Translations under genes and position numbers: made by a program
Shown: one piece after another, positions 10,270 through 22,642 of the stretch
Layout: each line of letters starts with the position of its first letter
How positions within the stretch are numbered: position 1 is the stretch's first letter
Notes under the pieces: model-generated
What the model was told of the DNA's origin: nothing
The model's database searches: none
What the model saw: the letters and a program-made list of their open reading frames with translations, nothing else
Source: Calditrichia bacterium
GTDB lineage: Bacteria > Calditrichota > Calditrichia > JAJRVZ01
Direction: 5' to 3'
Length of the DNA: 64,000 nt
Assembly (NCBI GenBank): GCA_963796965.1
Contig: CAWCNS010000007.1
Location: 352,001-416,000 of the forward strand

Positions 10270-11582
10270 TCACATCCTTCTGTTGATAACGTTGTTATAA
10301 ATAGATCCAAATGTATAGCGGAGACCAAACGTTGCCCTCAGGTCATATGTCGTGGCTAATTGACGTCTTTTTAGCAAAACTTCATCAATACTTGCATCTC
10401 CCCGTGGTAAATATATTTGATCATGAATACTTTCAAAATTTGTTTCCAGAACAATTCCCCAGGCACTGGAAAGGCGCAAACTTATTTCAGACTCTAATTG
10501 GATGCTGTAATTATCCTTCAATTCCGGATACTGACGTGCTTCTACTTTCAGATCTACTTCTCCCCATGGCTGCGCCATTTGCACTTCCATAACAACTGCC
10601 TGGAACCAGAGGCTTTGACGGAACTTGTTATAGATTGTCAATTGTCTATACTCATTTTGTTGAAAACCAACGTAATAACCAAAAGTAATTAATCGTCGTT
10701 CTGAATCAGGCCAGGGGAAAATATTATATTCTATACCTGGTGCAATATTATAACCCAATTTAATATTTCTATAGGTTGTCGAGTACATTTCACCAAAAAT
10801 CCCAGCAGACCATCTTGTCGTAAGCGTTCGAATTATTTCTGAACTTGCCTCCCAGGTTCTCAGCGTACTTATTAGATTTTTCGTCATCGTTTGAAAAACT
10901 TTCTTCCTCGTATATCAATTCAAAACTATTTTTAATTTTCCAGTCCTCGGTCACACGGTCAGCATCTATAGAACTTATGATAGAATATCCCTTAACGCTT
11001 TCTTCCGCATTCATTCCACCACCAACATCAATATTAAAGATCCAGTAATCCCATGGATCTTTCAAGTAACTCAGGTGTTAATATTACTTCTTCATCGTCA
11101 TATTGAATATCCAACCGCCCAGCAAAAGCGGTCTGAGCCATATAGCGCATCAATCCCATTTTGACAATTTGACTCAATCCTTCCCTTCTCTCAATATCTG
11201 TATCTGATTGTTGTGAATAATAGAATAAGTTCTGATTCTGATCTTTATAATTTTCTCTACCTATAAATGAAATTAAATGCTTTTTACCACCACTACCTGT
11301 ATGTTGCTCGGTAATAAATACATGTACCTGGGCCAGGTTTGGATCACGGACATAGGTTACAAAAGGGATCTCACTTCTTAAAAACCTTTCAGTGTTATCA
11401 CTCTCGGAATATTCAATATATACTCTCAGCGCTTCTTCCTGTACACCGTTTGATATGGTTGAATTGATATCGTTCTGCGCGCTAATAAATCCGGGAAGAA
11501 GTAATGAAATTGATATTAAAAACCGCTTAAATATATAGAATATTCTTTTATGGTTAAAACTATACATGATATTTTCTTTCAT
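10270..11582 (-). CDS. Secreted/outer-membrane hypothetical protein; two frameshifts
   Basis: Consecutive ORFs 11034..11582, 10790..11065 and 10270..10887 join; signal peptide, DPWDYW.F, C-terminal YTFGSIYNNVINRR. Confidence 0.7.
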
Positions 11583-11616
11583 CGTAATGTGAGATATCTA
11601 TCTCTCCCTTAGATAA

Positions 11617-11803
11617 GGGGTTGTTGCAGTATCGGTTAAATTGCACAATTTTTGGTGTAGTCCCTTACGACGGGATCTCCCCCTTGGAAAGGGGACTAAC
11701 CCCGTCCTACGGGACTAACCCCCTTCTAAGGGGGAATAGATTTTGCTTATTCGAACAGATAATCACACATTTCTGTTATAATTATCTAATCTACAACAAC
11801 TCC
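11617..11803. repeat. CCCC/GGGG-hairpin dispersed element (MITE/REPIN-like); related copies at 32372-32527, 51439-51590 and 56334-56776
   Basis: ggggactaa.cccgt.ctacgggacta.ccccctt..aagggggaat.agattttgctta.tcgaa.agataatc shared with 51450-51570. Confidence 0.85.
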
Positions 11804-12067
11804 TTTTAAATGAGGATTATATCTTTGACTCTTGATATTGTCTATAACTCAATAGATGCAGTGTATTAATTATTTCCCCGGTGATGGTTTTTCTAATAAA
11901 TAAACCCGATATCGTAAGAATACCGGGTCTATATTGTGCTATTCAAGATCAAATACTTGCAGAAATAATTTCCATTCTGAGTTCTCTTATTTGTAACTCA
12001 TCATTAATATTTCTGATTAGACAACAATTTTCAGATTCATTTCTATTAATTCCGTACCTAATCTTCA

Positions 12068-13159
12068 TTATTTATTTGCGAGAATATTTTTTTTTTGACC
12101 ATTGGGCGCTTTGACTAATTCATCCCCAGCGATATCTTCCCAGGAATATATGTGAAAAGTTTTATCGTCAGACATGGCAACAAAGAAACCAGATGGGAAA
12201 ATTGAATTCACAGGGACATTGGTCACCTCACTGCCATCACTATCGATAGTGGAAGCCTGGATAACTTTTACTAATGTATGGTTATGAGGATTTCCCGGCT
12301 CACCTTCGCGTTTGTAAATATTAAACTTTCCAACTTCCTGATCAGAAACGATGATATATCCTGTTCCATCATTTGCCTTGTAGATCGAAATACCCTCCCG
12401 ATCCATAGTAAAGTTATCTGTCCCGAATAAGGCCAGTTCGCTATTTGCATTCTCTGCGTCGGGATCAGCCTGATATTTTCTGATTCCAACATTTTCATCA
12501 GCACAGTATACATATCCCAACTCATCATCGACAGCAATCGCTTCGATCTCTTTTATACCACTCCAAATACCAAATTCACGTACTTTTATTCCACCGACCA
12601 TGCCATTGCCAGCATCTTCTAATTTATATTGCCATAAATATGTCCCATCTGTCGGCCCCTCTTTTCTCCCAACGATAGCATATATTGCGTCATCAGATGG
12701 ACGTTTGTAAAGAGCAATACCCATAGGAGCACGAAGTTCTTGACCCACAAATACTTCGATCCCACCATTATCGATCGGCACCATATCCGGAAGTCTGAAA
12801 ATACGAATTTTATTTTCATATCTTTCGGTAGTGACGGCTATATCAATCGCTTTGCCATCTATGATCAGACCATATTCAATGTCAACGTTGTTGGGACGCT
12901 TCAGACCACGTACTGTTTTTTGTTCATCAATTTTTCCATCCATCCCAAAAACATACAAAGCACCATCTTCTTTTTTGTCTGTACCTAAAATCAAACTTCG
13001 CGTAGGATCCGTTGGATGTATCCAAATCGCCGGATCATCAGCATCATGTTTAACTTGCTCGGTAACCACAACCGGTGCAAGTTTATCAGTCAATTCAGAT
13101 CCCTTTTGCTGGCAACCAAACATCATTACCCCAGCTAATAACATAATTAAATTTTTCAT
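12068..13159 (-). CDS. phy: Beta-propeller 3-phytase, probable lipoprotein
   Basis: DADDPAIW, NNVDI, EAIAVDDE, DREGISIY, VSDQ, DSDG motifs; lipobox-like MMFG-C. Confidence 0.93.
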   Translation of the reverse strand: MKNLIMLLAGVMMFGCQQKGSELTDKLAPVVVTEQVKHDADDPAIWIHPTDPTRSLILGTDKKEDGALYVFGMDGKIDEQKTVRGLKRPNNVDIEYGLIIDGKAIDIAVTTERYENKIRIFRLPDMVPIDNGGIEVFVGQELRAPMGIALYKRPSDDAIYAIVGRKEGPTDGTYLWQYKLEDAGNGMVGGIKVREFGIWSGIKEIEAIAVDDELGYVYCADENVGIRKYQADPDAENANSELALFGTDNFTMDREGISIYKANDGTGYIIVSDQEVGKFNIYKREGEPGNPHNHTLVKVIQASTIDSDGSEVTNVPVNSIFPSGFFVAMSDDKTFHIYSWEDIAGDELVKAPNGQKKNILANK

Positions 13160-13215
13160 CTCTGTTGCCCTTCCTTCTAAAATATTTATTTTATATTTTC
13201 ATGATTTCTATGGAT

Positions 13216-13259
13216 AATATAAAACATCAATATTAAAAGAAGATTAAAAGAAAATTAAT
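13216..13259 (-). promoter_or_regulatory. Pho-box-like triple direct repeat plus -10 element upstream of the phytase
   Basis: TTAAT three times at 11-bp period (plus-strand attaa at 13232, 13243, 13254), then 10 nt, then TATATT. Confidence 0.6.
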
Positions 13260-13325
13260 TTTTTTTAATGTTTGAGGTAGGTAAAATTTGCAGGATTTTG
13301 TGGTTTATGATGTATTCTAAAAAAA

Positions 13326-13430
13326 TTGTCCACGAATTACACTAATTTTCACGAATTAAAATATTTTTACAAAGTTATAAAAAGAATATATATTTAGAAA
13401 TTCGTGTTAGTTTTTGTAATTCGTGGACAA
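13326..13430. repeat. Intergenic inverted repeat, CCACGAATT family
   Basis: ttgtccacgaattaca ... tgtaattcgtggacaa; relatives near 3078, 3830-4024, 44827-44925, 46467-46562 and 52585. Confidence 0.85.
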
Positions 13431-13467
13431 GTTCTTTTTTTGAATGCAGCTCAATTAAAAGATAAAG

Positions 13468-15377
13468 TTAATTATTCAGGGGTAAATTAATCGAAAAGGT
13501 ACTCCCCTTCTCAGGTTCACTGACGACACTTATTGAGCCCTCATGTACGTCACAAACCCACTTGGCGATCGCTAAACCAAGGCCACTCCCTCCGGTTTCT
13601 CTTGATCGCGATGAATCAACCCTATAGAATCTATCGAAAATTTTTGCATGATATTGATTAGCAATACCGATACCCTGATCTTTAATCGAAAAATAGGCCA
13701 CTTTTTCTTTTACATATAAGGATAGCGTCACCTCTGAATCGTCATCCGAATATTTAATCGCATTATATACCAGGTTACTCAAGGCTCGAATAAGCAATTC
13801 CTCATCGCCATAATATTCAACGATATCAACTTTACTAATATCCAGTTTGATATGCTTTTTACTTGCCAGAGTCTGACAACGGCTCACTGTAGCCATCAAA
13901 ACCTCATCAAGGCGAATAGATTTTTTGTTAACAATTAATCGTCCTGAATCCGTTTTGGCAAGAAGATGGAGATCGTCAACTATTTTAGCCATACGTTCGA
14001 TTTCTAACACAGAGTTATTCAAATACTTTCCTGCCTCTGTGTTATCATCCAAAGTTTTTGATGCCATTTCGATATCGGACAAAATGATGCTCAAGGGTGT
14101 CCGTAATTCATGAGAGGCGTCAGCAATAAACACTTTTTGCATTTGGAACGACCGTGCCAGGCGATCTAACAATTCATTAAAGGTTTGGACCAATCGCTGA
14201 ATTTCATTATCAAGATTTGGCAGGGGTAGTCGTTTATCAAGATTTTTGGAAGTGATATCATTAACAGAACGGATTACATCATCCACCGGCCGTAAAGCAC
14301 GACGCATCAGGAAGTATCCTCCAGCCCATACGATACAAATCAAGAGTAATCCACCCAGGGAAAAATTAAAAGCAAGATAATTCAGGCTTTTCCTAATAGA
14401 TTGGGTTGGAATTGCGAGATCCACTTTATATAAATAGGTCGGGATTAGATCATCGATAAGTGTATATTGTCTGTAATCACGGTCCTGATCATCATAGATA
14501 TCATAGAAGTATTCTTTTGGTAAGATTTCCCGGGGCGTGACAATAATTTCTGAATCATACTCATGACTGGGTATAAAGATATCTGCTTTTCGAATATCTT
14601 TTGTCGCCCATAGGATTCGATCCTCCTCATAGATATAAATATAAGCCCAGGCGTTCAAATTCTTTAGAATTTTTATTAATTTATCTTCATCTTCAACACT
14701 CAATGAGTCGGCCTGTCGATCGATTGATTCGGCAATTTCATATATGGCTAGTGCTATTCTTTGATAACTATATTGATCCTGCGGGATTAAATCAGAATCA
14801 ACAACTAATCCGACAAAATAGTTCTTGGTGATTCTTACCCCGGAGTAACCCATCCCTTTAATTATACCATTATTTGAAGTTTTATGCTCGAAGGGACGAT
14901 AACCCCACTGTTTATACTGCGGTTGTTTGAAATTTATATTATAATTTTTGATTTCTGGTGATTGATAAATCATCTTTCCGGATATAAGGTTGCTGATTTG
15001 TACAAAACCGATATCATTCAGGTGATTATCAATCGATTCATCAATTATCTCTTGTACGATACCTGATTTGAATTCCTCTAAAAGTCGGGAGTCCAGATTA
15101 CCGGAGCAAAATCATCTATATCATAATCATGATCAGAAAATAATTTGAATAGAGTCGCATCAAATTCATCATCATCTAAATCATCCCGAAGTTCCATTAT
15201 CTCTTCCAACATTTCTTCACCCAACTGAGATATGCCATAATTAAACTTTTCCCAGGTTTGATTTGAAATGTGAAGATAGATAAAGGATGTAAATCCAACA
15301 ACGACTATCGTAAAAAAACCGATATACCATTTTGTCAGCCAACTTCTATATCCCGCTTTTTTAAAAAACGAATTCAT
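13468..15377 (-). CDS. HAMP-domain sensor histidine kinase; frameshift near 15080
   Basis: FIADASHELRTPL H-box, NLVYNAIKY, DQGIGI, GSGLGLAI; first TM segment in ORF 15078..15377. Confidence 0.92.
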
Positions 15378-15395
15378 TTTTTCTTCCAGTCTGAT

Positions 15396-16067
15396 TCATT
15401 CATCTTTAATCATGTATCCTGCACCGCGAATGGTTTGAATGATTTTTTCTTCACCCTCTGTTTCAATCTTTTTCCTTAAAAAATTAATAATAACGTCAAT
15501 AACATTACTACCTGCATCAAAATGGATATCCCAGACATGTTCAGAAATCATGGTTCTTGTGATAACCTTATTTTTATTTAAGATTAAATACTCAAGTAAA
15601 GCAAACTCTTTATTTGTCAGCTGGATCTCCTGTCCTGCGCGTCGTACCTTCCTCGCAGAAATATCCAACTCGATATTGTGAATTTTAATAACCGACTGGC
15701 TAACTTTATGAGAGCGCCGTAACAAAGCATTCACTCTCGCGACCAATTCGGCAATTACAAATGGCTTGGTTAAATAGTCATCAGCGCCTTTTTCTAATCC
15801 TCTTATTTTATCAGAAACCTCGCCAAGTGCTGACAGCATTAAAATAGGAATATCTATTCCGGCATTTCGCAGAGATTCACAAACTTCCCAGCCATTTTTT
15901 TTGGGTAAGAGGATATCAAGAACGATTAAATCATATTCGTTGGTCATGGCCAGATATTCAGCATTTTCACCATCATGTGCGACGTCTACAGAGTATTTTT
16001 GTTCCTCAAGTCCATTTTTTATAAACTCTGCCAGGCGTTTCTCGTCTTCAACAACAAGTATTCTCAT
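15396..16067 (-). CDS. OmpR/PhoB-family response regulator
   Basis: ILVVEDE, LDILLP, GADDYLTKPF, LTNKEF.LL, TIRGAGY. Confidence 0.95.
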   Translation of the reverse strand: MRILVVEDEKRLAEFIKNGLEEQKYSVDVAHDGENAEYLAMTNEYDLIVLDILLPKKNGWEVCESLRNAGIDIPILMLSALGEVSDKIRGLEKGADDYLTKPFVIAELVARVNALLRRSHKVSQSVIKIHNIELDISARKVRRAGQEIQLTNKEFALLEYLILNKNKVITRTMISEHVWDIHFDAGSNVIDVIINFLRKKIETEGEEKIIQTIRGAGYMIKDE

Positions 16068-16156
16068 TTATGACACCTTTTTAATCAAGAATTTATTATA
16101 GAGCATAAGGCCACTACCAAGAAATTTCCCGTAAAAGCAAATGGATATAACTCCTC

Positions 16157-16249
16157 TGTCATTCCGGAGGAATCTTACTACGTGCCGGAATCGAAGGTGC
16201 ATGAAGGAAGATCCTTTTCCGAAGGATCCCGTTCCGGGACTGGATGACA
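16157..16249. repeat. Copy of the 3107-3201 palindromic element
   Basis: Direct sequence similarity; tgtcat...atgaca ends. Confidence 0.85.
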
Positions 16250-16392
16250 TTAATAATTTTGTATAAAGACCAAGGTTTTTCCGTAGGAAAATAAATCAGT
16301 ACCTTAACGTATCAATTTACAAATTTTCACAGGAACAATTGAATTTTAAAGATTATTTATCGGCTAAATAATCACTATTCATATAAATCATT

Positions 16393-18768
16393 TTACTTTT
16401 TTATTTTGGAAGATTTCAATGTTACGTCAGGAATTGGTCGTTTTTTTGTATAGTTTATTGCCAGAAGGATGATGGCGTTTTCTGGAATGGGTTTATTCGC
16501 ATAGTTTTTAAAGGAATTGCTTCCTTTTAGTGTAATGTGTTTGATATTTTTTCCCATTCTGGGATTTTTCCACTCATAAGCAAAAAATGACTTTGATTCA
16601 TTGGGATTTTGCGAACCTTCCATAAATTCTGTCTGATAGGCATAAACTGATTGTTGGGCGCCTGTTTTCCCCTCGATCCATCCATCCTTATCACGATTAC
16701 AAGCATTGATATCAAGAATATTAATCCCGTACCGGATAGGAATCGTTGTTTTAAAGCCATCTTCATAGGTAACTTCATACCAGCCGAGCAAATCGGCTGT
16801 GTCATCAAAATTATATATCATACGATAGGCTTTATCATTATTCGCTATCCTGGCACAAGCATGTAAAAATATTAGACTGTTGGCATCGTCGTTCACCTTA
16901 ATTTTAGGACTTTCCCTTGTTGTATTAGTGTCTGTTCCTACGATAATTGCTCGTTTGTTTTTAGTCAACTCAGGCTTGGGAATAACAAAATTTTTTGATC
17001 CTACTTGTCCTGATTTAAGATTTTCAAGATTAATTCCTAAAACATTTGTTTTAGCAGAAGCATTATAATGCATTGAAAGGTCAAGAGAGGTTATTTCGTT
17101 ACCATCCTCAGAGGGCAAACTGTTTCCATTAAGATAGCGTCGAATTTTAGGCATTAGGTGTCGCGTTGTCGTGAGCATTTCTGGCTGGGCAAGAGGACGT
17201 TCTGACCAAAGCAGATTTCCGCAACCAAGAAAATCAGATAAAAGATCTTTCCCGAAGTTGAACTCAGTCGTACCTGCCCAGGAAGACGGCGCACCACCCA
17301 TGACGCTTGGCCATTTACTCCGTTTATCCCAGTCACTGATATTTGGACGGAAATTTCCATAAACTTGTTTGAAACCGAATTTTTCAACAGCAAGGTCATT
17401 GTTTTTATCACCCCAAAACCAGTTGAAAACCAGTATATCCTTGGGAATTGACTGGATGACTTGTTCAGGTGAAAGTGCGCCGGGGATTTTATATTTATAG
17501 CCGCTCTTGGTTTCACGATCGCGAAATCCTTTTTGACGAACAGATTCTAACAAATGATCTCCCCACATAGCAACTTCTATTTTCCTCTCTTTTAAATATG
17601 TGTAAATCTTCTGAATATCCTGAACAAACAATTCTCGATAATCCTTGCCTTTGCATAAAGGACAAATATTGACCGGCATGCGCCATTCGTCTTTTCCCAG
17701 GTGAATCATTTTTGGTTGAATAACTTCTATGTATTCATCAAGTACATCAAATACGAGTTTATAGCTCTCAGGATTTGACGGGCAATAGGTATCCGGCCAT
17801 TCAGCATCTTTTATTTCAGCTAACTCGCGGTGTCTGTTTAGAAGATAATAGGAATGCATTAAAGAAGTAATCTCCGGAATTACCTCGATATGAAATTTTC
17901 GGATATATTCCACTAAATCAGCGACTTCTTCCTTTTCCAAAATCTGCCCGTCTGCGGCATCATGATGGGATGAATTTTGATACTGGTTTCCCGGTCCTTC
18001 CGGACGATCGCGTCTCGAATAATTCATTTCTCTGGCAAATTCGGTTGATCCGACATTTATTTCAGGATGTTTATCCAGTCGCATTGCGCCATTTACTTCT
18101 AAAATAACTTTATTGAATTTATATAGGGCCATGAAATCACGAATAAAACGCTTGAAAAAAGTGAGATTCTCGCGACCGGGGATAAAAAGACGAATACCGC
18201 GAAAAGGTAATTTAGGAGAATCGCTCACTTTAACTTTTGGCAGTATCAATTTACTTGTGCGCTTCGTTATGAGTTGTCGCAGGGATTCAAAGCCATATAG
18301 AGATCCTGCTGCAGAATTGGAGGCAACGATTACCGCATTTTCCTCGATTTTTAATATATATCCCTCATCTCCCAGAGTCTTTATATCTTCATTAATTTGA
18401 ACACTGGTGCAATATTTATTCACTAAATCGTTTGAAATAGCACCCATCAGAATATAGTTTTTATCAGATGGTATAATATCAGTCTTTATTATATTTAATG
18501 GTAACAAATAAAGGTCTGACAATTCGACAACGAGTAATCTAGCCAGAAACCAATCATTTTTACTGGCATTTTCTGGTATTAGAATTACTGTATTTTCATC
18601 GAGGCTGAACTCTCCTTCTAAATATTTGATATTTTGTGGGACAGGAAATATTTTGGGTATATCATCCGCCAGGGCAAATTGGAAAGAGAAGAGAACAATA
18701 ATTAATGTAATAATTAACAAAAACCCCTTATTTGAAATCTGAAAATTACAGATAAAATTTTGTCTCAT
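16393..18768 (-). CDS. GH20-family beta-N-acetylhexosaminidase-like glycoside hydrolase
   Basis: IFPVPQ, EGY.L.I, D.P....RG, IPEI...H, IHLGKDE catalytic motif, MWGD. Confidence 0.85.
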   Translation of the reverse strand: MRQNFICNFQISNKGFLLIITLIIVLFSFQFALADDIPKIFPVPQNIKYLEGEFSLDENTVILIPENASKNDWFLARLLVVELSDLYLLPLNIIKTDIIPSDKNYILMGAISNDLVNKYCTSVQINEDIKTLGDEGYILKIEENAVIVASNSAAGSLYGFESLRQLITKRTSKLILPKVKVSDSPKLPFRGIRLFIPGRENLTFFKRFIRDFMALYKFNKVILEVNGAMRLDKHPEINVGSTEFAREMNYSRRDRPEGPGNQYQNSSHHDAADGQILEKEEVADLVEYIRKFHIEVIPEITSLMHSYYLLNRHRELAEIKDAEWPDTYCPSNPESYKLVFDVLDEYIEVIQPKMIHLGKDEWRMPVNICPLCKGKDYRELFVQDIQKIYTYLKERKIEVAMWGDHLLESVRQKGFRDRETKSGYKYKIPGALSPEQVIQSIPKDILVFNWFWGDKNNDLAVEKFGFKQVYGNFRPNISDWDKRSKWPSVMGGAPSSWAGTTEFNFGKDLLSDFLGCGNLLWSERPLAQPEMLTTTRHLMPKIRRYLNGNSLPSEDGNEITSLDLSMHYNASAKTNVLGINLENLKSGQVGSKNFVIPKPELTKNKRAIIVGTDTNTTRESPKIKVNDDANSLIFLHACARIANNDKAYRMIYNFDDTADLLGWYEVTYEDGFKTTIPIRYGINILDINACNRDKDGWIEGKTGAQQSVYAYQTEFMEGSQNPNESKSFFAYEWKNPRMGKNIKHITLKGSNSFKNYANKPIPENAIILLAINYTKKRPIPDVTLKSSKIKK

Positions 18769-19200
18769 ATTCCCTCCTTCAACAACTAAAGTCTAGTTGC
18801 CATCCCGATAAATCGGGACAATTAAAATTCAGTCAAAACAATATGGTTGTTCAATAACGCAAGTTTTCTTTAACGCAGAGAGACGCCGAGAATGCAAAGT
18901 TCCGCAGAGAAAGATAATAATAAATAAATAATACAAAATACAAAAAGAGCAATAACTGCTTTATTGGATTTCTATAAATATCTTGTATCATTTATTAACC
19001 CTCTCCGCGTTCTCTGCGTACTCAGCGTTTAAATAATATTATATATTTTATTTCAATATTAATTATTTATTTAACTTTTAGCCCTAAATAACAGAAATTG
19101 TGTTATTCAGGTCAAACATTGTAACGACGCGATTAATCGCGTCGCAACTATAAAATAGGTCCGTAGGGAGAATCTAAAATTGAAGATTAAATAAATGATA

Positions 19201-20178
19201 TTATTTTATATTTATCACGTTTTCTTTCTTATGTCCACCTGGCGAACATACAATAATCTTATCAGCAGTATATTTTAACAATCGCCAGTTTGTCGTTTCA
19301 CGGGCAAAGCCTGCTGTTTCAGTTTGCAGGATTTTATGCCCAGAAGGAAATAACATCCATTCACTAACATTCTTATGACCATGGCCGCAAAATAATGCTT
19401 TTATATTCTGATTCTCATTCAATATCTTGAGAAAACCCCTGGCACATGTTTGCTCATCAAGTAGGAGTGTTTGTTTAGAAGAAAAAACTATACCATCACC
19501 ATTCAGGTCCGGAACTGGAAAATATTTATGCATAAATATTATAACCGGCTCATCTGCAAACTGTTTTACCTGCCCTTCTAACCAGTCTAATTGTGTTTTA
19601 TCGATATAAGATCCATTTCCTAAACTATATCCATTGTCTAGGAATAACAAGCGGTAGGTTGTTTCGTTCACCTGAAATGAACGAGAATAATAAGTTCCTT
19701 CACGAAAGCAGGAAATATTCCGTATCCAGGCAGCTCGCGCTCGTTGTGCGTCTAACTGGAACTTTTCTATTTTGGCTGAATCATTCATCCAATAAGTAGT
19801 GATATCGTGGTTACCAAGAGTGAGATATATGGGAACATCACTTTTTGAATAAATCGATGCAAATTGTTCAATCTGCGTTCCTAACATATTTCCTTTTTCA
19901 GTTTCTGCTTCGTAATAATCCACCAGATCCCCGGTAATAACGACAGCATTTACTCCTAATTGCGTAGGCCTTTTCTCGATGAATTCTTTTAGAGGATTGA
20001 TGCCATCACCATAATGTTGACGTAGTTTTACAAATTCAGGATGATACCCGTTTAGATTACAAAGATGGATGTCGCTAATTTGAATGACTTTAAGAGTATC
20101 GTTTTGGGCTTTAGTTGTGTTGGTTAATATGGTAAGAATCAAGAGCAGACTGATCATAGAAATTGTCATATGTTGCAT
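19201..20178 (-). CDS. Secreted calcineurin-like metallophosphoesterase
   Basis: SDIH, TGDLVD, LGNHD, FMH, GHGH motifs; signal peptide. Confidence 0.88.
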   Translation of the reverse strand: MQHMTISMISLLLILTILTNTTKAQNDTLKVIQISDIHLCNLNGYHPEFVKLRQHYGDGINPLKEFIEKRPTQLGVNAVVITGDLVDYYEAETEKGNMLGTQIEQFASIYSKSDVPIYLTLGNHDITTYWMNDSAKIEKFQLDAQRARAAWIRNISCFREGTYYSRSFQVNETTYRLLFLDNGYSLGNGSYIDKTQLDWLEGQVKQFADEPVIIFMHKYFPVPDLNGDGIVFSSKQTLLLDEQTCARGFLKILNENQNIKALFCGHGHKNVSEWMLFPSGHKILQTETAGFARETTNWRLLKYTADKIIVCSPGGHKKENVINIK

Positions 20179-20416
20179 ATTTATTTCTCCAATCCGGTTT
20201 ACTGGGTTAGCTCGAGGATAGATTAAATAAACTATCCTGATCTATTCATCCTGCAGCCTTTGACTAAAAACAAAAGAATTAATTATCCACCGAAAGCACC
20301 AAATATCACCGAAACAAATAAAAATTATATTTTAAAATATTCGGTGTGTTTCAGTGTTCTCGGTGGTTAATAATCTTTGCATCTTTGCGTCTTGGCGAGA
20401 GATTCTTTTAAATAAT

Positions 20417-22335
20417 TCAATCTATTGGGTGATTATTTGCGTCTGTTGTAATAAATATTTTATCCCACATGATATCCGCTTTCGTAGCTCTAATTCTTAA
20501 GGGATATACACCTTCGGGAATTTGCTCAAACGATACCTTCTGCCAACTCGCCTTGCTGAATTTATTATCAGATGTGCCAGTAGATCTTTTTTTCATCGTT
20601 TAAATTATTAAATGAGACATAAACCGCATTTTTATCTCTGTTTTTACCGGTAACTCTGACCCAAACATAGTAAGTAGAGGCGGAACGCGTACTAATCTGA
20701 TATTCAGTGTATGCCCAGAGATCCTTATTCCCTTTCGAGCAAATTACCTTTCCACTTCCATCTGGATTAGTCAAAACTTCGGCGGACCCAACAAGGAGTC
20801 TGTAATTCTCTGCTTCAATAAATAGATTCATTTGAAATTCCGACTTTTGCGGATTGTTTCTTAAAATCTTTAACATACCAAACACGTAATTTATCACTAA
20901 ATTGATGCCCGCTATTCGTGCCTTGTATTAACAGATCATAAGTACCCTGCTTTGAGAATGTCGCTGTTGTTACTGCACTTGAAGCATTAGCAAAAATTAC
21001 CTCACCTGGGCCAGAGAATTTTTCCCATAGTAAGGAGAGCTGCTTTCCCTGCATAATACTAATATCCGCCAGCGAACCCTTTAAGGTTACCTCGTTTTCA
21101 GGCGCTAGTATGACGATATCCCTTCCTGCATCAATTACAGGCAGCGTGCGGGCAGACCATTTAGTATTATTGAACTGCTTTGCACCAAGATCAGGTTTAC
21201 TGCCGATATAATCTGAAGACGGGACCTTGAAATTTATACCTTCCCAACCATATTGATCAATGCCCGCATTAATACAGGGGCTGCCCTCGCGCAATTCAAG
21301 ATTTTCATTGAGAAGTGGATCTTTATCCTTTAAAATATGAGTACCAATTTTTATATCGGGGTCATAATGCATCGGATTATTATAAAATAAACTATAATCA
21401 ACGATTGAACGATCATTACCATCATTAACATATATGCCTCTTTCTATTCCTTTCGTCAAATTATTGACAAAAATATTGTTAAGAACGACTAATCCGGGCG
21501 ATATAGTCAGGCCATAGTTGCATTTTGAAAAAGTATTATTAAAGACATAGGCTTTCTCTTGCATCAATGAACCTCTGTAGACTTCCGATGTATTATCCTT
21601 CTCCTGATACATACAACTGACACCAGCCCCTTTGCAACTCTTAAAGAGATTATTGTGTATCAAGAATTCACGGTATGAATCCCCCTCATAGTCGATCAAT
21701 TGAATGCCACTCTCTCCTGCGCCAATCACCTCGTTATATCTAAAAATATGGGTCGTTAAAGGTGCACTTTTATCATGCAGACGGATTTCAATACCATCCT
21801 GATGGGAGTTTACAATAAGATTATACTCGATGATCCAGGATGTAGAGTTATCACAATCGATTCCATCATCCCCTGCATTTTCAAAATAACAGTAAGCAAT
21901 ATATCCACCACCACCGGTGACACTAAGTTGATCTTTTCCACCAATAAATTGACAATGTGTAACAGAAGCATAAGGTGCTGTAATATGAAGCGTGTGCTCT
22001 TCATTACCGACAAATCTAATGCCGATAACACTTGAGTTCTCTGCCGACAACTCAAACCATTCCCCCATATCATCTAAACCTGCATTAATAATAGTAGCAT
22101 TAATATCCGCTTTATCTTTGGTTAGAATAAAGCGAGAAGCTATCAGAACTGCTTTATTAACGCGCAAGTGCTCTGGCTGGGTATAGGTTCCAGGGGCAAG
22201 TAAAATCGTATCCCCATCTGCTGCAATTTCAAGCGCTCCTTTAAGGGTGGATTTTGTTTCGGGTACGGATATAATATCAGCATGCAAATTTAATGTAAAG
22301 ATTAAGAAAAATAACGTAATCATTCTGCTTTTCAT
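20417..22335 (-). CDS. Secreted right-handed beta-helix protein with C-terminal PKD/Ig-like and CBM-like domains; frameshifted
   Basis: GDTILL..GTY, repeated GDDGID/HQDGIE/GESGIQ coils, GSPCINAG...PDLGA, P..DAG.D...W...SGPG; continues in 20568..20897 and a third frame. Confidence 0.75.
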
Positions 22336-22642
22336 TAATTTCTCCTTTAGAAGTTAGTGGTTGTGTAAAAGACAACCACAGAGGACAAAGAGTAAATATT
22401 TAATATCTATTTACTTAAGTGAATTATTTTCTTTTTCCCTTCTGTGGGTCCCAAATAATATTCCCGATAAAATGTCAATGTTCCGCCGGAAGATGGGAAA
22501 TAAATTTTATAGAATTCGAGAAATTTGTTATAATTCGTGAAATTTGCGGATATCTTTTCTTTGCCTTCTCCGCGAACTCTGCGTTTATAAAATATTCAAG
22601 ATTTTACTACAAATTGATTTTTCATAGAGCTTTTGCCAAAAA

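Noticed and set aside
16068..16250. Small ORFs over intergenic repeats (also 10026..10328, 11621..11809, 46507..46725)
   Set aside because: They are translations of palindromic repeat DNA, with no RBS or domain evidence
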